DNA of 64,000 nucleotides from an uncultured Chloroflexia bacterium (GTDB lineage Bacteria; Chloroflexota; Dehalococcoidia; DSTF01; JALHUB01): NCBI GenBank assembly GCA_963703345.1, contig OY969814.1, positions 1,630,967 to 1,694,966 of the forward strand, read 5' to 3'. Shown piece by piece: positions 57,796 to 64,000 of this stretch (position 1 is its first letter; each line of letters starts with the position of its first letter). The notes under the pieces were generated by a model. It saw only the letters and a program-made list of their open reading frames with translations, ran no database searches and was not told where the DNA came from. The position numbers and the translations under genes were made by a program.

Positions 57796-59355
57796 ATGAC
57801 TAGCGATTTTGACGAGAGAGAAGAAGGGGACGAGGACCTCTTTACCGAGGAGGAAGAGAAGAAGCCGAAAGGCCTCGTAGACCTCGGGCACGAGGAGGAC
57901 GAGCTCGAGCCCCTCGAGAGGGTGTATAACCGCCTCTCCGACCGCGGACTGTCGGTGATCGATACGGACCGCGAATCGGGACCGGCCGCGGAGCCAGCGG
58001 AGGCGGAGACCGACCTCTGGGCAGAGTCTGAGGAAAAAACCAAGACGACGAAAGACGAAGACCTCCTCGTCGAAGAGCAGGAAGGCATCGATGACCCGGT
58101 CCGCATGTACCTGCGGGAGATCGGCAAGGTCTACCTGCTAACGGCGGACGACGAAAAGCGGCTCGCGCGGGCGATGGAGGAAGGCAAGCACATCCAACGC
58201 ATCGAGCGACGTTGGTTAGAGGAACACGGCCGGCCGGCGAAAGGGTCGGAGATACTGCTTACGCTGCTGAATGAGCTGCACGAGTCGCGCAAATACTACA
58301 ACGGCGTCGCCAAGCACCTGGGGCTGGCGAAGGCGTCGCTGTCGCAGCGGATCGCCGACCCGGTCTTCCGCTCGGCGGTCGACGGCGAACTCGACCAGGA
58401 CCTGGCGGCGGCGATCTTTGAGGCGCTCAACCTGCAGCCGGGCCAGGCGGAGCAAGCGCTCGTACGGCTATCGATCATAACGCACATCGTGACGCCGGAG
58501 ATGGTGCGGATGGCCGGCGAACCGCTGGGTGGCGAAGACAAGCTGTTGCCGCCGCCGTGGGAGGAGCTACACAAGCTCGATTCCCACGAGTCGACGTTCC
58601 GCTCCTACTTCGACCATCTGAAGCGAGAGGGCTATCGGGCGGAGAAGCGCCTGACGGAGGCGAACCTTCGGTTGGTGGTGAGCGTAGCGAAAAAGTACAT
58701 CGGGAGAGGCATGTCGCTGCTCGACCTCATTCAGGAGGGGAACATCGGTCTCATCCGCGCCGTCGAGAAATTCGACTACCGCAAGGGCTACAAGTTCAGC
58801 ACCTACGCGACCTGGTGGATCCGCCAGGCGATTACGCGCGCCATCGCAGACCAGGCGAGGACGATCCGCATTCCCGTCCACATGGTGGAGACCATAAACA
58901 AGCTCGTGCGGGTGAGCCGTCGCCTCGTGCAGGAGTACGGCCGCGAGCCGACGAGCGACGAGATAGGCCGCGGCATGGAGATCGCGCCGGAGCGTGTGCG
59001 CGAGATCATCAAGGTCTCGCAGGAGCCGGTGTCGCTGGAGACGCCGATCGGCGAGGAAGAGGACAGCCACCTGGGCGACTTCATCGAAGATTCGACCGCG
59101 CTGGCGCCGCCGGAAGCGGCATCGCACCAGCTTCTCAAGGACCAGGTGATGGAGGTGCTGGCGAGCCTGACGCCGCGGGAGCGGAAGGTGCTGGAGCTGC
59201 GCTTCGGGCTGGAGGACGGGCGCAGTCGCACTCTGGAAGAGGTCGGGCGCGAGTTTAACGTGACGCGGGAGCGCATCCGACAGATAGAGGCGAAGGCGCT
59301 TCGCAAGCTACGCCACCCCACGCGCAGCCGCAAGCTCAGAGACTACCTGGAATAG
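57796..59355 (+). CDS. rpoD: Primary RNA polymerase sigma factor (sigma70/SigA)
   Basis: Acidic region 1.1, region 1.2 [11 protein letters not shown], region 2 [37 protein letters not shown], regions 3 and 4.2 ([20 protein letters not shown]). Confidence 0.9.
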   Translation: MTSDFDEREEGDEDLFTEEEEKKPKGLVDLGHEEDELEPLERVYNRLSDRGLSVIDTDRESGPAAEPAEAETDLWAESEEKTKTTKDEDLLVEEQEGIDDPVRMYLREIGKVYLLTADDEKRLARAMEEGKHIQRIERRWLEEHGRPAKGSEILLTLLNELHESRKYYNGVAKHLGLAKASLSQRIADPVFRSAVDGELDQDLAAAIFEALNLQPGQAEQALVRLSIITHIVTPEMVRMAGEPLGGEDKLLPPPWEELHKLDSHESTFRSYFDHLKREGYRAEKRLTEANLRLVVSVAKKYIGRGMSLLDLIQEGNIGLIRAVEKFDYRKGYKFSTYATWWIRQAITRAIADQARTIRIPVHMVETINKLVRVSRRLVQEYGREPTSDEIGRGMEIAPERVREIIKVSQEPVSLETPIGEEEDSHLGDFIEDSTALAPPEAASHQLLKDQVMEVLASLTPRERKVLELRFGLEDGRSRTLEEVGREFNVTRERIRQIEAKALRKLRHPTRSRKLRDYLE

Positions 59356-59381
59356 CCGTTACGCCCCCTCGGACTTCTGCG

Positions 59382-59411
59382 TTGACTTTTCGTCGGACGC
59401 AGGCTTACGAT
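59382..59411 (+). promoter_or_regulatory. Possible sigma70 promoter (TTGACT - 18 nt - TACGAT) upstream of the FmdB-like gene
   Basis: Hexamers read directly; the -10 is imperfect. Confidence 0.3.
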
Positions 59412-59430
59412 CTTATTAGAGAGAACTACG

Positions 59431-59661
59431 ATGCCACTTTACGAATTCTACTGTCCCACCTGCGACCGCAAGTTCGAGCTGCTGCGCTCGATGAGCCGCT
59501 CCGACGAACCGGCGACCTGCCCCAGCGGCCATGAAGGCGCCGAGAGGCTGATATCGGTCTTCTCCGCGCTGACGAAGAGCGCCGAGGGAGAGGTGTCGTC
59601 GGTGGCGAGCGCCTGCGGTAGCTGCTCATCGGGCGATTGCGGGAGCTGTGGCATCGGCTAG
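59431..59661 (+). CDS. FmdB-family zinc-ribbon protein
   Basis: MPLYEFYCPTCDRKFE...ATCPSGH...; Cys-rich C-terminus; 76 aa. Confidence 0.7.
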   Translation: MPLYEFYCPTCDRKFELLRSMSRSDEPATCPSGHEGAERLISVFSALTKSAEGEVSSVASACGSCSSGDCGSCGIG

Positions 59662-59744
59662 AACCCGCCTCGCGCAACATGCCAAGAGGGGAGCAAAGCG
59701 CTCTCCTTTTTGTGTCCGAAAGTCGGGGCCCGTCCGGCAGCCGG

Positions 59745-60470
59745 CTAGGGCGCGGGCTGGCGGCTCGGGAGGAGGCGGTGTCGGACCGCCTGCCAGGTTA
59801 CCGTCAGGTGGACGGTGGAGGCGACGGCGATGATGGCCGCTTCAACGAGGGTCAGGACGCCGAGCGCCATCGTTACGTCGAACCAGAACCCTTCGGGGAA
59901 CATCTGGATCAGGTGGTCTGTCGCCGGGTTGAGCTGCCAGAGGTTGTTGCTGAACGCGATGTGGTGGAACTGCTCGAACGCCTGGTCGAACCCGCTCACG
60001 GCGACGATGGCCAGCGAGCCGACAACGGCGATGGTGAGCAGGGCGCCGGTGAGCGAGTGGAGTGCCAGCTTGCGCAGGGGTCGCTCGCGCGCCCAGACGA
60101 AGACGCCGACGACATAAGCCATTATGTAAACCAGCGCGATCTCCTCCAGGTGGTTGACGAAGCGGAAAACGCCCTTCACGTCGTGCAGGTGCTGCGTCTC
60201 GCGGTCGTTGAACAGCGATATCTCACGGTTGCCCTGCGTCACCTGCACCGAGATGTACTGCTGGTCGTTGTTGAAGTAGCTGCGGAGCTCGGCGCCAGCG
60301 CGGTCGAGCTCATCCCGCGAGATGCCGGTGCGGGCGGGAGCGTTGTAGTGGCCGAACGCATAGTCGTAGACATGCTGATCGTTCGCAAGAATGCGGACGT
60401 TCGTGCCTATGAGCGCCAAGGGGATGGCGAGAACAAACAAGGCCGTTGCCAGGCCACGGACGACCGCCAA
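59745..60470 (-). CDS. Integral membrane protein, DUF1461 (TIGR01906-like)
   Basis: Four TM helices with a large extracytoplasmic loop (ANDQHVYDYAF...FNDRETQHLHDVK). Confidence 0.55.
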   Translation of the reverse strand: MAVVRGLATALFVLAIPLALIGTNVRILANDQHVYDYAFGHYNAPARTGISRDELDRAGAELRSYFNNDQQYISVQVTQGNREISLFNDRETQHLHDVKGVFRFVNHLEEIALVYIMAYVVGVFVWARERPLRKLALHSLTGALLTIAVVGSLAIVAVSGFDQAFEQFHHIAFSNNLWQLNPATDHLIQMFPEGFWFDVTMALGVLTLVEAAIIAVASTVHLTVTWQAVRHRLLPSRQPAP

Positions 60471-60546
60471 GCCACACCTTCCTCACCTGAAACGCCCCGC
60501 CCGACATCAGGTTCATCTACCGCTATGTTAGGTAGGCACCTTAACC

Positions 60547-60576
60547 TTGTCAACCCTCTTGGCCGGCCTATATAAT
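60547..60576 (+). promoter_or_regulatory. sigma70-like promoter (TTGTCA - 16/18 nt - TATATAAT) upstream of mazG
   Basis: Read directly; extended AT-rich -10 region. Confidence 0.45.
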
Positions 60577-60593
60577 CGGGCCTAGCCGCCTTA

Positions 60594-61403
60594 TTGGAGA
60601 TTCCCTTGCCAGAGCCGCAACAGCCACTCGAGTCAGACGTGCGCAGCTTCGACGGGCTGCGCGAGATCGTGCAACGGCTGCGGGCGCCGGACGGCTGTCC
60701 CTGGGACCGCGTCCAGACGCACGAGAGCCTGCGTCGCTTCCTGCTGGAGGAGACGTATGAGACGCTGGACGCACTCGACAGCGGCGATACGGCCAAGCTG
60801 CGCGAGGAGCTCGGCGACGTGCTCCTCCAGATACTGCTGCACGCCCAGATCGCCTCGGAGAGCGGCGAGTTCGACGTCGATGACGTGATCGAAGGCATCG
60901 CAACGAAGCTGGTGCGTCGCCATCCGCACGTCTTCGGCCAGGCGAAGGTGAAGACCGCCGATGAGGTCGTGCTTAAGTGGGAGGCGATCAAGAGCGAGGA
61001 GCGAGGTCGCGCCGACGCGGAGGACCCGCTGGCGCGTGTGCCGCAGACGCTGCCGTCGCTGGCATATAGCCAGGCGCTGCAGGAGAAGGCCGCGGCGACC
61101 GGCTTCGAATGGCCAAGCGTGGCGGACGTGCTCGATAAGCTGGCGGAGGAGGCGTCGGAGCTGGCGCGGGCGGAGTCGCTGGACGAGCAGCGCGAGGAGC
61201 TGGGCGACACGCTGTTCGTGCTGGTCAGCCTGGCGCGGAAGCTGGGGCTGGACGCCGAGGAGTCGCTGCGACTGGCGTCGCGGCGCTTTCGCCGTCGCTT
61301 CGAGGCGTTGCAGGCGCTGGCGCGGCAGCGCGGCCTGCGCCTCGGCGATCTGCCTATCGATGCGCTGGAGTCGCTCTGGCGCGAGACGAAGCGCGAAGCA
61401 TAG
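60594..61403 (+). CDS. mazG: Nucleoside triphosphate pyrophosphohydrolase MazG (two tandem MazG domains)
   Basis: CPWDRVQTHESLRRFLLEETYE...EELGDVLLQ and a second EELGDTLFVL motif. Confidence 0.8.
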   Translation: MEIPLPEPQQPLESDVRSFDGLREIVQRLRAPDGCPWDRVQTHESLRRFLLEETYETLDALDSGDTAKLREELGDVLLQILLHAQIASESGEFDVDDVIEGIATKLVRRHPHVFGQAKVKTADEVVLKWEAIKSEERGRADAEDPLARVPQTLPSLAYSQALQEKAAATGFEWPSVADVLDKLAEEASELARAESLDEQREELGDTLFVLVSLARKLGLDAEESLRLASRRFRRRFEALQALARQRGLRLGDLPIDALESLWRETKREA

Positions 61404-61437
61404 GTTCCGCCTCTCACCCGCATGTCATCGCTGGGGC

Positions 61438-61502
61438 GAGCGCGTGTCTGAGACGCAGCTATAAGCACCCCGGAGCGCGTAGCCTCAAGCTCCCCGAGCG
61501 CT
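61438..61502 (+). repeat. Solo copy of the 24138-family repeat (gagcgcgtgtctgagacgcagctataagcaccccggagcgcgtagcctcaagctccccgagcgc), between mazG and the archease gene
   Basis: Shares the gagcgcgtgtctgag and cccggagcgcgt(t)agc blocks with the other copies. Confidence 0.7.
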
Positions 61503-61580
61503 ATGGGGAATAGAACACGCTGCCTCTCCATTGACGAGCTGGAAACGGGGCTGCGATACTGAGGCTGAGGAGGCGGAGGC

Positions 61581-62006
61581 ATGAGGGAGCAGCCGCCGTT
61601 CGAGACGTTCGACCATACCGCCGACATCGGCATCCTCGCGCGGGGCGCCACGCTCGCTGAGGCGTTCGCCAACGCCGCCAAAGCCATGTTCTCGCTGATG
61701 GTCGACCTCGATCGCGTGCAGCCGCGCGAGGAACGTCGGATCGAAGTCGCGGCCGACGACCGGGAGTCGCTGCTGGTCGCCTGGCTGGCGGAGCTGCTGT
61801 ACGTCAGCGAGGTCGACAACGTGGTCTTCAGCGGCTTCGAAGTGGACGAAATCGGCGACAACCACATCGTCGCGCGGGCATACGGCGAGCCGCTGGACCT
61901 GGAGCGCCACAATCCGAAGCTGATGATCAAGGCCGTAACGCGCCACATGCTCCAGGTCGCGCAGTCGGCCGGCGTCTGGCAGGCGCGCGTCATCCTCGAC
62001 ATCTAG
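61581..62006 (+). CDS. Archease (RtcB activator)
   Basis: FETFDHTADIGI N-terminal signature; 141 aa; directly upstream of rtcB. Confidence 0.8.
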   Translation: MREQPPFETFDHTADIGILARGATLAEAFANAAKAMFSLMVDLDRVQPREERRIEVAADDRESLLVAWLAELLYVSEVDNVVFSGFEVDEIGDNHIVARAYGEPLDLERHNPKLMIKAVTRHMLQVAQSAGVWQARVILDI

Positions 62007-62016
62007 GCGGTCTTCG

Positions 62017-63474
62017 ATGAGCAAGGGATGGCTCAACATCCTGGAGAAGGTCGACGACTACCGCTGGCGGCTGCCCGTGAGCTATAAGCCGGGCATGCGC
62101 GTCCCCGGCCTCATCTACGCCGATGAGCACCTGCTGAAGACGATGGCCGAGGACCAGGCGCTCGAGCAGGTGGCGAACGTAGCCTTCCTGCCGGGAATCG
62201 TCGGCTCCTCGCTGGCCATGCCGGACATCCACTGGGGTTACGGCTTTCCTATCGGCGGCGTGGCGGCGATGCGGCTCAGCGGCGGCGTGGTCTCGCCCGG
62301 CGGCGTCGGCTTCGACATAAACTGCGGAGCGCGCCTCATTCGGACAAACCTGACCGAAGCGGAAGTGCAGCCTTTCCTTGGCCGCCTGGCCGACCAGCTC
62401 TTCCGCGACGTGCCATCCGGCCTAGGCGCCCACGGCCCGCTCCGCCTCTCCGACCACGAGCTCGACGACCTCATGGTGCGCGGCGCGGCCTGGATGGTCG
62501 AGCGCGGCCACGGCACGGCGGACGACCTGGAGACGACGGAATCGCGCGGCTGCCTGGCGGGCGCCGACCCGTCGACCGTCAGCCGGCGGGCGCGGGAGCG
62601 CGGACACGAGCAGCTAGGGACGCTGGGCGCGGGCAATCACTTCCTGGAGATCGAGGCGGTGGAGGCCGTGTACGACGAGGCGGCGGCGCAGGCGTTCGGG
62701 CTGTCGCTAGGCCAGGTCGTCATCGCCTTCCATTGCGGCTCGCGGGGCTTTGGGCACCAGGTGTGCCAGGACTATCTCGAAGTCATGGAGAAAGCGTCGC
62801 GTCAGTTCGAGATCTTACTCCCGGACCGACAGCTTGCCTGCGCGCCGCTGGACTCGAAGCAGGGCAAGGACTACCTCAAGGCGATGGTATCGGCGGCCAA
62901 CTTCGCCTGGGCGAACCGGCAGGCTATCGCGCACTGGACGCGACAGGCCTTTGCCCGCGTGCTGGGTCGCCCGGTCGAAGAGCTGGGGATGACGCAGGTC
63001 TACGATGTCGCGCACAACATAGCGAAGGTCGAGGAACACCGGGTCGGCGGGCAGTCGATGCGGCTGTGCGTGCACCGCAAGGGGGCGACGCGCGCCTTCC
63101 CGCCGGGCCACGCGGAGGTGCCGCCGCGCTACCGGAAGGTCGGGCAGCCGGTACTGGTGCCGGGCGACATGGGGCGCTATTCCTACGTGTGCGTCGGGAC
63201 GGAGCGGGCGATGGCGGAGACGTGGGGCTCGACTTGCCACGGCGCGGGACGGCTGCAGAGCCGGGGCGCGGCGAAGCGTTCGCTACAGGGGGTCGACATC
63301 GCCGGCGGGCTGGAGCGGCGAGGGATCGTCGTGCGGGTACGGAACCGGGCGCTGCTGGCGGAGGAGGCAAGCGAGGCTTACAAGGACGTGGCGGCGGTCG
63401 TCGAGGTGCTAGACCAAGCGGGCATCTCGCGGAAGGTGGCGCGAATGCGGCCGCTGGCGGTGATCAAGGGATAA
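62017..63474 (+). CDS. rtcB: RNA-splicing ligase RtcB (3'-phosphate/5'-hydroxyl RNA ligase)
   Basis: GFDINCGARLI, GAGNHFLE, HCGSRGFGHQ, active-site C...HGAGR motifs. Confidence 0.85.
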   Translation: MSKGWLNILEKVDDYRWRLPVSYKPGMRVPGLIYADEHLLKTMAEDQALEQVANVAFLPGIVGSSLAMPDIHWGYGFPIGGVAAMRLSGGVVSPGGVGFDINCGARLIRTNLTEAEVQPFLGRLADQLFRDVPSGLGAHGPLRLSDHELDDLMVRGAAWMVERGHGTADDLETTESRGCLAGADPSTVSRRARERGHEQLGTLGAGNHFLEIEAVEAVYDEAAAQAFGLSLGQVVIAFHCGSRGFGHQVCQDYLEVMEKASRQFEILLPDRQLACAPLDSKQGKDYLKAMVSAANFAWANRQAIAHWTRQAFARVLGRPVEELGMTQVYDVAHNIAKVEEHRVGGQSMRLCVHRKGATRAFPPGHAEVPPRYRKVGQPVLVPGDMGRYSYVCVGTERAMAETWGSTCHGAGRLQSRGAAKRSLQGVDIAGGLERRGIVVRVRNRALLAEEASEAYKDVAAVVEVLDQAGISRKVARMRPLAVIKG

Positions 63475-63524
63475 CGACCAAATCGATTCGGTTTCCAATG
63501 TTGTGGGCGCATCGCGATGCGCCC

Positions 63525-63977
63525 CTACTGCCTTGGCAACGATTCCTGCGTTTGTTTCAGCCAGGGGTCGATGTCCTTGAAGAAGGTGTCGAGGTCGCGG
63601 TCGTTGGCGAGGGCGGTCTGCACGTCGCCGAGCATGGCGTCATACCGCTCAAGCATCGGGACGGCCTGCTGGTAGGTCTCCCGCAGATCCGACGGGGCAA
63701 GCTCCGAGAGCGTGGCGACGAGTCCGGCAGTCGTCGACGGCTGGCGCGAGGCGGGCCAGTAGGTGCTTGTCGAGGAGACTTCGCTGATGAGATCGCTCGT
63801 GTCTTGCGAGGACGGCTGGTCGCTGCTGGCCCAGTCGGTGGCGACGCTGAGCACGTGCGACAGGTAGTCGCCTGCGTCGCCGATGGCGGGGGTTTCGCCG
63901 CCGGCGAGGGCGAGCCCAACGTTGAGAAGCACGGCTGCGACGACCAGGGCCAGCAGCGTCGAAAGGGCGAGCCGCAC
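63525..63977 (-). CDS. Secreted or membrane-anchored hypothetical protein
   Basis: N-terminal signal anchor MRLALSTLLALVVAAVLLNVGLALA, Ser/Thr-rich region; no known motif. Confidence 0.45.
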   Translation of the reverse strand: MRLALSTLLALVVAAVLLNVGLALAGGETPAIGDAGDYLSHVLSVATDWASSDQPSSQDTSDLISEVSSTSTYWPASRQPSTTAGLVATLSELAPSDLRETYQQAVPMLERYDAMLGDVQTALANDRDLDTFFKDIDPWLKQTQESLPRQ

Positions 63978-64000
63978 GAGCGCCAGGCACGCATGCAGGG

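Noticed and set aside
57796-59355. Unusually long sigma factor (519 aa) as a possible novel fusion
   Set aside because: The extra length is the normal acidic region 1.1 plus the non-conserved region between 1.2 and 2.1 of primary sigma70 factors. All canonical regions are present in order.

Overview
High-GC (~67%) bacterial chromosomal window, densely coding and mostly housekeeping; an archease-rtcB pair and a hisZ-type his operon are among the content. The lineage cannot be determined from sequence alone. Content from start to end: a polyprenyl synthase, rpiB, tsaC, then a purine operon (guaA, purD, purE, cupin, purB, a membrane protein, purC, purS). An IS1595-family insertion follows, then a reverse-strand his operon (hisB, hisC, hisD, an odd metallohydrolase, a tandem-duplicated hisG, hisZ). 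Next come nfeD-SPFH, a low-GC zinc-ribbon RNase H, birA, murE, RNase P RNA, a 4x 58-bp tandem repeat, and an rnhA / catalytically degenerate serine-recombinase / COG1579 operon. These are followed by yceD-rpmF-fabD-nusB-acpP, tatAB-tatC, UDG, ftsK, then a three-gene surface-protein cluster (phage tail-fibre-like protein with an S74 chaperone domain, a Cys-rich protein, an RCC1-repeat protein) enclosing a zinc-ribbon adenylate cyclase. The window ends with uvrB, a low-GC DUF3644-like gene, ruvA/ruvC/yebC, panCBD, glmS, ppsA, a TolB-like lipoprotein, dgt, an SH3b/CARDB protein, dnaG, rpoD, an FmdB zinc ribbon, a DUF1461 protein, mazG, archease-rtcB and a secreted hypothetical. The main candidates for new biology are: (1) a shared non-canonical C-terminal sorting/anchor signal (VAVGG[IV][AG]EPPD...TM...AGGWYxxRR) on the surface-protein cluster; (2) a dispersed ~60-bp repeat family (tandem next to rnpB plus two solo copies); (3) a serine-recombinase homologue lacking its catalytic residues inside a conserved RNase H operon; (4) a tandem-fused HisG and a possible non-orthologous histidinol-phosphatase; (5) three low-GC horizontally acquired islets.
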